NCBI GenBank assembly: GCA_951406725.2
Contig: OX597834.1
Location: 33,666,001-33,730,000 of the forward strand
Direction: 5' to 3'
Source: Octopus vulgaris
Taxonomy: Eukaryota
Length of the DNA stretch: 64,000 bases
How positions within the stretch are numbered: position 1 is the stretch's first letter; each line of letters opens with the position of its first letter. Positions 1-11,843 of the stretch are shown here, one piece after another. The notes beneath the pieces are model-generated. The model saw only the letters and a program-made list of their open reading frames with translations, searched no databases and was not told the DNA's origin. Made by a program: the position numbers and the translations under genes.

Positions 1-153
1 CACATGCACACACTCACACTCACACATACTATGTACAGTATAACATAGTAATATAGCTAGTATCACCGTCTATTTGCTCTTTCTTTTTTTTTAATTATGG
101 TACCCCAGTATGGCCACACCCCTAAAAGTATGGTAGTTGTGAATGATGAAAAA

Positions 154-188
<35 letters not shown>

Positions 189-733
189 CACATATAAATG
201 TGTGTGTGTATGTGTTTGTGAGTGTGAGTGCTTGAGAGTGAGTGTGTGTGAGAGTGAATGTGTGTGAGTGAGTGTGAGTGTATATATATGTGTGTGTGTA
301 TATACACATACATGTGTGTGTGTATATACACATACACACACACTCATACACACACACACATATATATATATACATGCATACATATATGCATACATATATG
401 TATATATATATATGTATATATATATGAATGTAATCACACACACATGCACACAAGAGTATATTCGTATATTCTCAAGGCACACATGTAAATAAACCTCGAC
501 GCAAGCAAAAATCAGTTCATAAAATGAAGAGTTTGCACCTCATAGTAAAAGCGTGCAATTACAAACGTATTAATTTCCACAGCTATGCGAAACACATTCT
601 CGTAGGCGTGTAAGTAAACAAATTAAGAAACAAGTGGTGACGCCAGTTGTAACGTTCTGCCTTTCTGGAAACGTGAATTAAACCGTCTCTGCTTGTTTGA
701 TATAAAGACGAATAACAGATATCTCTATGCCTT

Positions 734-803
734 GACAGTGTGGTGTTTCGTGCAGTGCGTAAGGAATTGAGCCTCTGTAAACCTGTCATCTGCACATCTT
801 CAG
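734..803 (-). ncRNA. Type I hammerhead ribozyme core (Penelope-like), weak helix I
   Basis: Minus strand reads CUGAAGA-U-GUGCAG...CUGCAC-GAAA-CA-ccacac-UG-UC: 6-bp helix II base, 3-bp helix III, GUC site; helix I pairs poorly. Confidence 0.6.
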
Positions 804-960
804 ACGTCTGTCTATTTATCTATCTATCATGTCAGCTTACCTTGGATTATTCTCATAGTCACTCATAGTCCTGGGTGAAGAATTCTGAGTTTAAGTTCAA
901 ATTCATTTCAGCACTGCTATGTGTTTTCTGTACTGAGCATATCTAACCCTCATCTATTGT

Positions 961-1121
961 ATGCATGTATGTATGTATGTATGTATGTATGTATGTATGT
1001 ATGTATGTATGTATGTATGTATGTATGTATGTATGTATGTATGTATGTATGTATGTATGTATGTATGTATGTATGTATGTATGTATGCATGCATGTATGT
1101 ATCTATGTATGTATGTATGTA
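961..1121. repeat. (TATG)n microsatellite
   Basis: Near-perfect tetranucleotide array; representative of dozens of (TA)n, (CA)n, (TACA)n and (GATA)n tracts in the window. Confidence 0.97.
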
Positions 1122-1715
1122 TTCGTGTCTGTTATATTGGGCGTATAATTACTACATTTTCCTGCCGATTGACCATGCATCTGCAAAACGGAGTCATTAT
1201 AACGCATATTTCATCATACAGAAATGTATCTAGATAGGAAAAGATAATGTTAATTAACAACACAACTATCGAATGTAAAATCCCCATCACCGGTGCCGCC
1301 GTAGCCACCGTCTCCACCCACCACCGCCAAAACCACTACCACCACCACTTACATCGTTAACTGACTGGAAGCTAGGCTAAAAATACTATATTAATTGAAA
1401 AATATATTGTACAAGGTTATTCCAAGCACAATGGTTAAACTATTTCCTCATCGCTGAAAAAAAAAAAAAAAATCCCTGACATTAACAATAAGAAAATGAA
1501 AAATTAAGGCCAGCGTTAGTGAACGAGAAACGTAGACAACTTCGTTCTTTGAATTCTCATGCAATGCATACTTGTGAATATATCTCTGTTCGTTTGTTCC
1601 GGGTTAACTCAAAAACTACGCAAGAAGCATAAAAGCACGCGCATACATATGCGCTCGCACGGCGCCCAAGATACACACACACATAATTATTATTATTAAT
1701 GTAATCATTACTTTT

Positions 1716-2250
1716 GGCGAGCTGGCAGACTCGTTAGCAAGCCAGGCTAAATGCTTAGCGGTATTTCGCCTGCCGCTACGTTCTGAGTTCAAATTCCGCC
1801 GAGGTCGACTTTGCCTTTCATCCTTTCAGGTTCGATTCAATAAGTACCTGTTACGCACTGAGGTCGATATAATCGACTTAATCCGTTTGTCTGTCCTTGT
1901 TTGTCTCCTCTGTGTTTAATCCCTTGTGGGTAGTAAAGAAATAGGTGTTTCGCCTGTCGCTACGTTCTGAGTTCAAATTCCGCCGAGGTCGACTTTGCCT
2001 TTAATCCATTCGGGGTCGATTAAATAAGTACCAGTTACGCATTGAGGTCGATATAATCGACTTAATCTGTTTGTCTGTCCTTGTTTGTCCTCTCTGTGTT
2101 TAGCCCCTTGTGGGTAGTAAAGAAATAGGTATTTCGCCTGTCGCTACGTTCTGAGTTCAAATTCCGCCAAGATCGACTTTCCCTTTCATCCTTTCGGGGT
2201 CGATTAAATAAGTACCAGTTGCGCACTGGGGTCGATGTAATCGACTTACC
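1716..2250 (+). mobile_element. tRNA-derived SINE family A with internal 184-bp tandem units
   Basis: A-box-like GGCGAGCTGGCAG, B-box GAGTTCAAATTCC, body GCCTTTCATCCTTTCGGGGTCGAT; unit restarts at 1760, 1944 and 2128. Confidence 0.9.
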
Positions 2251-2669
2251 CCCCCCCCCCCCGCCAAGGTTTGTAGAACATTGATTTTGAGTTGCGTAAC
2301 ACCAAAGTATTTGAATTAAATTCTGAATTATTCATAAAGAAGTACTAAAATGTTCCCATTGGTCTTTCACATTATCCCGACTTTACTTGGATTGCCACGC
2401 AATTCTGTTGCTAGGAAGTCCGGCATTTAAAACGTTATATGTTATGTTCAAACAGATGCAAACACATAGATACATATATTGGTTTCAAATTTTGGCACAA
2501 AGCCAGCAGTTCCGGAGAAGGCGTGTAAGTCAATTATATCAAATCCAGTACTTATTTCATCGATTTCGAAAAAGCGAAGAGCAAAGTTGGTCTCGCCGGC
2601 ATTTGAACTTGGAACGTAAAGACAGACGAAATGCCACTAAGCTGTTTCACCCGATGTGTTAACAATCCT

Positions 2670-2896
2670 ATTTCGTTACTACCCACAAGAGGTTAAACAC
2701 AGAGAGGACAAACAAGGACAGACGAAAGGATTAAGTCGCTTACATCGACCCCAGTGCGTAACTGGTACTTAATTTATCGACCCCGAAAGGATGAAAGGCA
2801 AAGTCGACCTCGGCGGAATTTGGACTCAGAACGTAACGGCAGACGAAATACGGCAACGCATTTCGCCCGGCGTGCTAACGTTTCTGCCAGCTTGCC
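2670..2896 (-). mobile_element. SINE family A inserted in an older SINE A (about 2480-2930), 17-bp TSD
   Basis: Reverse complement of the family A head/body; flanked by GA(T/C)GTGTTAACAATCCT at 2653-2669 and 2897-2913. Confidence 0.9.
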
Positions 2897-2974
2897 GACG
2901 TGTTAACAATCCTGTCATCTCGCTGCCGTCACATAGCTACAAATATTGAATAAAAATTTTGACACAAGGCCAGC

Positions 2975-3140
2975 AATTTCGGGACAGAGGATGATAAGTT
3001 TATTACATCGAACCCAGGGCTCAACCGATGGCTATTTTATCGAACTCGACCTCGGCGGAATTTGAACTCAGAGCATAAAGACGGGCGAAATGCCGCTCAG
3101 TATTTTGCCGAACACGTTAACAATTCTGTTTTCTAGCGGC
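2975..3140 (-). mobile_element. SINE family A, decayed
   Basis: CGACCTCGGCGGAATTTGAACTCAGA (reverse B box) and head remnant. Confidence 0.8.
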
Positions 3141-3157
3141 TGTCGCGCATACACACG

Positions 3158-3236
<79 letters not shown>

Positions 3237-3389
3237 CCTTTGTTCCCCTTAAAAAAAACAATAACCAATTGTAAATGAACCTATTTTTCACCAGATGTTA
3301 AAACGTGGATTATGTTTCTTCTTCCGCGCGTGTTCCTTTGTACATTGTTAAAAATAATATGAGACAGCGTACGAGCATGACGTTCTTCT

Positions 3390-3600
3390 GTTTGCCGTTA
3401 ACAAGTTTCGTATCTTCAATGAAAGGTTTCAGAGACATTTCCCACTGAAACCTTTGTGCTCCATTGACCAATCTTTTGTGTTTTGTTAATAGTTTTGGAC
3501 AAAATATTTTTCCACATATTTTACAGCGGTAAGGGTTCCCCACCCCAGCTCCTATGTTGTGTAATTCTTTTTAAGTAAAGATATCAGGTTTCGTAGAGAA
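3390..3600 (-). pseudogene. Degenerate tandem C2H2 zinc-finger relic
   Basis: FSTKPDIFT*KELH...GNPYRCKICGKIFCPKLLTKHKRLVNGAQRFQWEMSLKPF; in-frame stop and lost Cys/His ligands. Confidence 0.6.
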
Positions 3601-3820
3601 CCGTCATCATCATCATCATTTCATCGTCGTCGTTTTAACGTCCATTTTTCCATGCTTGTATGGGTTAGATAGAATACCTTCCTATCGTCAAGTTTCACTT
3701 GTTTCCAAGATACTATTTTCTTTTTTCTTCTTTTTTTTCACGGAAGATTGGAAACGAATGACATCGTTCATCTGACGATGACACTCGCTTAAAATTATGT
3801 GGTGCGAAAACGAGGAAGTA

Positions 3821-3896
<76 letters not shown>

Positions 3897-3900
<4 letters not shown>

Positions 3901-4200
3901 GATCGTCGATATTCGATGGGAAGATCATATTACCAACAATGAGGTTCTTTGCCATCGTCTCCGCTGGACAGGTCACGTCTGGCGTATGGAGCCCTCTCGT
4001 CCCTCGAGGATCATGCTCTATGGAGAACTTGTAATCGGAACAAGACCCAGAGGAGGGCCGAAATTCCGTTTTAAAGACTAGATCAAATGGACCCTGGCTC
4101 AAACTAACATCCAGCCATCCTCATGGGAACAGACCTGCCATGGAGGCCTGCAATCCACAATGGAGCCAGCTCTTTCGAGCAGAACAGACAACAGGAAAAC
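3897..4200 (+). mobile_element. RTE-clade LINE C-terminal fragment
   Basis: IRWEDHITNNEVL..RLRWTGHVWRMEPSRPSRIMLYGEL..GTRPRGGPKFRFKD*...WRPAIHNGASSFE, typical post-RT RTE motifs. Confidence 0.88.
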
Positions 4201-4693
4201 CGTTGTCTCCGCTTCCTCGTCCACCTTTCAGTGCTTGCATTGATCATATGGAATTCGTTGAAGCGGATTTTTTCTACGGCTAAATGTCCTTCTTGTTACC
4301 ATTCCTCACTTGTTTCAAGGTAAATTAGATTGGCGACACGAAAGACATATGGCTGTGAAATATCTGTTTCAACAAATTCCGTCTGACCCATGCGAACATG
4401 GAAAAGAAGACATTAAAACTACGGTGATGAAACGATGACGATGAAGCTTAGGTACGTCTAATCTTCAAAATGCTTCGTCAACTAATCCCAAGCTGGACTC
4501 TTGATGGAAGATCTTTTTTTTATTAATTAAAGGTTAACAATAAATAGTTTATGTGCTTATGTGTCGGACGACAAAACATTCCTTATGTCAATGCTTCAGG
4601 GAGAAAACCCAAGAATGCTGTTTATTATGAAGCATTATTATGTTTATTATGATATGATATTTATGTTTATTATGATATGATATTTATGTTTAT

Positions 4694-4751
4694 TATGATA
4701 TGATATTTATAATAAAGACCCTAAGGTCTTTATTATAAATATCATATCATA
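4694..4751. repeat. Perfect 27-bp inverted repeat with 4-nt loop, preceded by 23-bp tandem repeats
   Basis: TATGATATGATATTTATAATAAAGACC-ctaa-GGTCTTTATTATAAATATCATATCATA. Confidence 0.95.
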
Positions 4752-4791
4752 GATTTGACTATGTAACTATATAGATGTAAGAAATGCGTTA

Positions 4792-5100
4792 AGGTGGCGA
4801 GCTGGTAGAATTGTTAACACGTCAGACAAACTACCAAATGTTTTTTTTTCTAGATCTTTACGGTATGAGTTCAAATCCCGCCGAGGTCAACTTTGTCTTT
4901 CATTCCTTTGGGGGTTGATAAAATAAAGTACGAGTCAAGCACTGGGGGTCGATGAAATCGACGAACCCCCTTCACAAAATTTCAGGCATCCTGTTTTTTA
5001 TAGAAAGGACTATTAAAGTATTTGAGTTAAGACGGCGGACTGACAGAACTGGTAGAGCATCGTACAGAATGCTTAGGAGCGTTTCTTTTGGCCCTTTATG
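4792..5100 (+). mobile_element. SINE family A variant plus a second head remnant
   Basis: GGTGGCGAGCTGGTAGAA...GAGTTCAAATCCCGCCGAGGTCAACTTTG...; second head near 5030. Confidence 0.8.
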
Positions 5101-5139
5101 TCCAAAACCCATACTTAGCCCCCACCCCACCCCCAAATA

Positions 5140-5299
5140 AATAAATAAATGTGCTACAGAGAAGAGCGGTTTTCAGCTGTAAATTGTTGTTGCAAAGTCA
5201 TTGTAATTAAAGAAAGTATGCAGAATACTTTTCCAAGAAATTGGAGGTCATCAAATGTGTGTCCTCAAATCTCCAGGGCAACACCGGGTATCCTGTTAG
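5140..5299 (+). mobile_element. Decayed Helitron 3' end
   Basis: CCAGGGCAACACCGGGTATCCTGTTAG resembles the hairpin-plus-CTAG terminus seen at 22909-22935. Confidence 0.5.
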
Positions 5300-5586
5300 C
5301 CTACAATAACATTGTAATAATAATTGCCACCGCTAAAATCGTTTCATCAACGATGGAAGAAGAAAAAGTTTGCGATACAAAAATGAGTTTCAGATATTTA
5401 ATGTTTTCCAGACAGAATATAATGGACTAATGAGGAAATGCAAAGGAATCCCACCCAAACCCTTGAACATCAGAATTAAAAAGGCACTTAGACGTGTTTT
5501 CAATAACACACACACACACACACACACGAGTGTGTGTGTGTGTATATGCGTATGTGTGTGTGTATGTATGTATGTATGTATGTATG

Positions 5587-5617
<31 letters not shown>

Positions 5618-5693
5618 GTAAGTATGTATGTATGGATTGATGGATGGATGTATATGTGTGTGTATGTGCGTGTATATATATATATATAGAGGC

Positions 5694-5729
<36 letters not shown>

Positions 5730-5858
5730 TCACGGGAGTTATGGGTTCCACCAGGTCTAGAAGCACCATAGACACCCCGAAAAACACGGTGGCGCCCCTA
5801 TGACTCAGCCAGCTAGGGGACCAAAGTTAAGGCGTATATATAGATTTATATGTGTGTG

Positions 5859-5902
<44 letters not shown>

Positions 5903-5981
5903 CATATATGCGCGCGCGTACTTATATATATACATATATACGCACACAATATATATACATACACATACATATGCACACACA

Positions 5982-6142
5982 GGCGCAGGCGAGGCTGAAT
6001 GATAAGCTTGCTTCCCAACCACATGGTCCTGGGTTCAGTCCATCAGTGTGACAACTTGGGCAAGTGTCTTCTATTATAACCTCGGGCCGATGAAAGCCTT
6101 ATATGTGGATTTGGTTGATAGAAACTGCTTGGGAGCCCGTCG

Positions 6143-6145
<3 letters not shown>
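5982..6145 (+). mobile_element. tRNA-derived SINE family B (CORE-like TTGGGCAAGT), 5' part
   Basis: GGCGCAGG...GGGTTCAGTCC...TTGGGCAAGTGTCTTCT; matches the long copy at 33369. Confidence 0.85.
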
Positions 6146-6194
<49 letters not shown>

Positions 6195-6247
6195 CGTATA
6201 TATGTATGTATTTATGTATGTTTGTATTATGTAGGTATGTATATATA

Positions 6248-6284
<37 letters not shown>

Positions 6285-6288
<4 letters not shown>

Positions 6289-6450
6289 TCCTTTATTTTC
6301 TCTCCTTGTTTCTTTCTGTGTTCCTTTCAGTGGAAGAGCGTAGGCTCGAAACGTTAAAGACTTTTTCACTTCCCGAGCGTTAAAGTAATACATCTATTTG
6401 TTGTCTACACCACCTGTCTTTGTCTTTTGCTTTTTTTGTGAATTCTCCCC
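6285..6450 (+). mobile_element. Penelope-like terminal (pLTR) fragment with decayed HHR-like motif
   Basis: CTTT-cagtggaa-GAGC-gtag-GCTC-GAAA-CG-TT-AAAG; same family on the minus strand at about 59465-59615 and 63435-63643. Confidence 0.6.
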
Positions 6451-6454
6451 CCCC

Positions 6455-6520
<66 letters not shown>

Positions 6521-6829
6521 GATTAGAGGTTGTGTTAACCTCATGAAGGGATGGTTTCATCTAAGGAAATACTGGTTCAATACCTAGAATTTTTGGTGAA
6601 TCAATTTCCTTAAAATAATAGGTATAGTGTTAAATAAGTCCGTGTGGAAAGAGGTTGTTCTCTCCTATGGATATTTATCCAAGCGTACATCGGTTTAGCC
6701 CTGTATCAATTAACGATACTGAAGATCCCACGTGTGTATATGTACTGGTGTTTATCGTTGGTTCTTCTTCGATTTTAGTACTTTACACATTTGAAATTAC
6801 AGTTGTCACTATAGATGTTTCCATCTTTT

Positions 6830-7065
6830 CGACGCTCCAATTTGATCAGACTCGAACCTGGACAGGCCACGACGGTGGGGCAGATGTAGATGACGGGTGC
6901 GATGTACGCATTCATCACCTCTTCCCGACCTTTCGGAGATAGCTTTCTCTCGGCTCATTTCTGGGTAAGATTTGCCATCCTGCTCGCCACCTCATCCCAG
7001 TTCTCTCTCTGGAGATTTGGATCGAAACAGACCCCAAGCAATTTAACCGGTCCTTCCGTCTACTG
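6830..7065 (-). mobile_element. L1/Tx1-clade LINE ORF2 fragment (end of RT)
   Basis: EGPVKLLGVCFDPNLQRENWDEVASRMANLTQK*AERKLSPKGREEVMNAYIAPVIY matches the Tx1-type W..R.LS..GR....N motif. Confidence 0.8.
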
Positions 7066-7887
7066 GAGATCCCGATTTGTTCGACTAAACACTTCAGGAC
7101 AACTAAAAGCAAGTAAAAGAATAAAAGAGATTTGTTCAACGCCAGTTCTTCCCACAGTTGACGTTGCAAATTATCTTTAGCAACGTTATGCCCCACGTCG
7201 GAGATTAACACCTTACTAACATTTGTTGAGGCAACCTGTTCTCTTTCAACAGATACGTGGTATTATCGTTGCTTTCGGTCGTATTGTAAGGGGTTTAAGA
7301 ACTTTAGGGGTTAGTGTCTGGGATTCAGTGTTTAGGGATCGATTCTTCTTGAACAATAGATGTTCAGAAGATATGTCTTGCATTTGGATAGTAACTGCAT
7401 GATTTTCGAAATCTGACGCGAAATAACGGCTAGGATTCCAAGTTTTGTTACATTTCCTGTCGATATTGGCATCGTTCTAAGATTTCCGAGGAAAAAGAGC
7501 CAAACATAACCTTACTGATGGTATGCAAAATAGATTCTGCTGTAAGCATTCTGTTGAGATATATTCTCTTCTACATTGATACATTTATACATACATACAT
7601 ACATACATACATACATACATACATACATACATACATACATACATACATACATAAATACCCACATACATACGCACATATATATTTGAACACATGCTTTTAT
7701 GTACACATACATATAGACATAGTTATATATAAATATACGCGTATATATGCATATATTTATAAACGCACGCATATATATGTATGCAAGTCCTGTATATAAA
7801 TATATGTATATGCATATGGATATATATAGATATGTTTATATGTGTATATATATATATGTTTATGTGCATATATATATATATGTATAC

Positions 7888-7948
<61 letters not shown>

Positions 7949-8332
7949 CATACACACACGCACGCACACACACACACACACAACACACACATATATATAT
8001 ATAAATATATATGCACATACATACATAGATGCACACAATTACCACGCGTCTGGAAATGGAAAAACACGCTAAGCGGGCTCGCAGAGACAGACTCGGTTAA
8101 ATTTTCCCAACTACCTTACCAGAGCAGGACTCCGCATATAGCAGACCTTCATATAAAAACTAGAAAATGAATGCCATTAACAGGTCTAAGTCTTTGGCTC
8201 TGCTCGTGCCAAAATTCCTGGCATATGCATCGTATGAATTCCTCCCACAGCTGCTCATAACTGCCGCTGAAGCACAGCAAGCGCTGGTAAAAACTGAGAT
8301 GATTTTTCTTTTGTTTCTGCCCTGCCAAATTA

Positions 8333-8385
<53 letters not shown>

Positions 8386-8424
8386 CATACATATATATAT
8401 GCATATATATGTACATATATATAC

Positions 8425-8471
<47 letters not shown>

Positions 8472-8493
8472 CACACATACATACATACATACA

Positions 8494-8526
<33 letters not shown>

Positions 8527-8819
8527 GTTTGTTTTTCACTGTCCTGTTTGTGTTACCTATTTTGACCCTTCGAAAAATCCCAAATTTTATCTAATTTGCT
8601 TTGCTGGACTAACTGTTTTATCGAAAGCGTACGTGGTTTTTAAATGCTCGAAATACGAGACTAGAAAAACAGCCAACAACTGATGAAGGGTCGTTCTTTA
8701 TGTTGTTTGTCTTGTTTTCCATTTGTGTCTTTCGTTGTTCTAAATAATAGTTCATGTTCCATGTACTCGTACTTCGTACTTTTTTTTGTACACGTTTCAC
8801 GACGTCCTGTGCCCACATA

Positions 8820-8868
<49 letters not shown>

Positions 8869-9066
8869 CAATTACAACGGCGCCTGCAACCACCACCACC
8901 ACCACCACCACCACCAAAAACAACAGCACAAACAAAAAAGTAGATCATTTTATATCTCACCTTGAAGGTTATCTCCATGAAATCCATTGAAGAAGAAATC
9001 TTCACCATGAACGAAAGATATTTAAAAAATCCCACTTAAGTTGTGCAAAATCAAAACATTAACCAT

Positions 9067-9267
9067 TTGAGTGCAAACTGCGAGAAAATGTCTTCGTTTT
9101 ATTACATCTCCGTAGTGAAAGGTTGACAGAGTCTTGAGTACTGATTGTGAGAAAGTGTCCTCAAGGTATTACTTCTCCGCGATGCATGATTTACACGGCC
9201 TTCAGTACCAATTGTGAGAAAATTATCTCAAGATATTACTTCTCCATGATTTAGAGTTGACAGAGTC
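9067..9267. repeat. Three diverged 67-bp tandem units
   Basis: Units start at 9067, 9134 and 9201 (TT(G/C)AGT...GAGAAA...TATTAC(A/T)TCTCC...). Confidence 0.8.
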
Positions 9268-9799
9268 ATCTGAAATGAAATAAGAAATAGGGATAGAAAT
9301 AACTAATATGAATATTCTTTTACTGGTTTATCAAACGAATGTGAATGTCCTTGACTCCTTTTAGAGGCCATAAGAGCTGTTGGATAGGAGATATGGATGT
9401 GGCCTAAAGCCGGAGACCCCATCGAAATGCTTGCAACAGATTGGACGCTGCTGAAAGCACCAGGTTGTGGTGCTAAAATGGGCTTCCAGATAGTTTCCGT
9501 CTACCAAGAAATTACTTAGTCAGGGATACACCAGAAGACGCTCATGGTTCTGCGCAGTGGAAGTGAACCGGAAATCACGTGGTTGAAAAGCGAACTTCTA
9601 AACCACAGTCATGTATGCCTATGTATGTATAAAAGAGTTTATGGACCTCACAAAAACAGGAAATGCTGTTTCAATTATCTTTACAGCGAACACGGTTCTA
9701 CACCCAAAGCCAAATCTTTCGCGAAAATACCTTTTTCTTCAAATGTACGAATCTTTCATAAAAATTCTATAAAAATTAATACCTTTTCCACAACCCAAA

Positions 9800-10200
9800 C
9801 TTTACAGTCTTGTAATTTCATTTACCCGAATCCTTGCTCACTGGAACGAATAATTCTTTTCAAAAGAACTTATTTAATTCGCTACAGTGAAAACTAGCAC
9901 AGTTTCTAAATCATATATTGGATTAACTTCAGATTCTTTCAAATTACGTCAGAATCAACATCCGTAGGTTTTTTTAGCCATCATTTTTTGGAAGCGCCGG
10001 CACTATGTCTAAATACATTTGTAATCTTATGTCTAATAACACAAATTTTGACGCCAAACCTTATCATTCAAACAAACGGTGTCTACTTTGCCTGTCTGAA
10101 GCATATAAAATATTTTTTTCCAACCCCACCCTTTTGAATCGACATTCAGAACTGGTGTCTCCTTGCCTGCATAAACACTTTATATCGCTCGAATATTATA
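9800..10200 (+). mobile_element. Penelope-like GIY-YIG endonuclease relic
   Basis: SCNFIYPNPCSL...KSYIGLTSDSFKLRQNQH*...TMSKYICNL...AKPY...CLLCLSE...LLNRHSELVSPCLHK; contains stops/frameshifts. Confidence 0.8.
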
Positions 10201-10634
10201 AATCATTTCTCCGACATAAGAGTTGAACTCAAGTCAATGAGAGTTACTCATCTTTCCAATCAATCTCTCCTCGGAAAACGACGTTCTATCCACGGACGTT
10301 TTAGCATAGGAAGACCACGCTTTATTTAACTGCTTCCTTTCAACTCAACCGCTTTCCAAATATTTAAACCAACCGAATTAAACTTTAAATACGAAATCGC
10401 AATAAATTACCCTCTGTTGAATGCAGCATCGATTCCCAGTTTAAATCCTTCTTTCTGTCCATTTCTAATTTATCAATTTCTAACTTATTTCTTTGCTACT
10501 ATGTTCTGCAATCCTTTACAGTATCATAGACGCAATATATTTTTCAAAAATTTACTTAACACAATTCGAAAGATCAAAGCAATGTTATTGAAATCCTAAA
10601 TATTTTAATTTCACTTAATACACACATACATACA

Positions 10635-10706
<72 letters not shown>

Positions 10707-10812
10707 TATATGTATATACATATAGGTATATACATATATATATAAATATATATGTATGTATATACATATATATACATGCAAACATATATATATATGCATA
10801 TACATATATATA

Positions 10813-10875
<63 letters not shown>

Positions 10876-10897
10876 ATATATATATATATACATATAC

Positions 10898-10964
<67 letters not shown>

Positions 10965-11734
10965 TATATATATATATATATATAATATATACTTAAAATA
11001 TGCTTGCATACATGCACATAGACACACACTCACACACACAAGCACGCATACATACAGATATGCTTATATATATACATTCATACACGCATATACATACACT
11101 CATATGCACACATACATACAGACATACGTACATGCTTACATACATATATAAACATAATACGGACACATACATACCTACATAACTACCTACTTGATGTTTA
11201 ATTTCCAATGTAAGTGCCTTGTATCTTAGAAAAAAAACACACACAGAAGGATACGTACACACATACATACTTACACACATAATACATACATGCATACATA
11301 CATGCTCACAGACACATACATACATACGCGCTCACACATGCATACATACATACATACATACATGCACACCTATACATACATACATACATGCACACCTATA
11401 CATACATACATACATACATACATACATACATACATACATACATACATACATTCATACACACGCATACATACATACATGCATACATACACACGCATACATA
11501 CATACATGCATACATACATACATACATACAAACACTCGTGACTAATTATAGAATACTGTTGTCATTAAATCTTACATACATAAATATATACACTCCTGAG
11601 TAATTATAGAACAGTGTTGCTATTAAATCGTATATACATCAACGAAATCTCTTATTAAGAAGGAGTTTGGAGTCCTAAGCTTTTAATTAGCCATCTTTAA
11701 GGTGGGTAATGGTTTGAGAGAAAAATATTTAGTC

Positions 11735-11811
11735 AGTGGTGGTGGTGGCGGTGGTGGTAGTGGTGGTGGTGGTGGTGGTGGTGTGGATAGCAGTGTTTGA
11801 CATTAAAATGG

Positions 11812-11843
<32 letters not shown>

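Noticed and set aside
3771-3822. CTGACGA...GTGCGAAA hammerhead-like spacing
   Set aside because: No convincing helix I or III; runs into (CA)n.
8040-8335. Unique island with open frames on both strands
   Set aside because: No recognisable motif or paired splice sites; stops in the longer frames.
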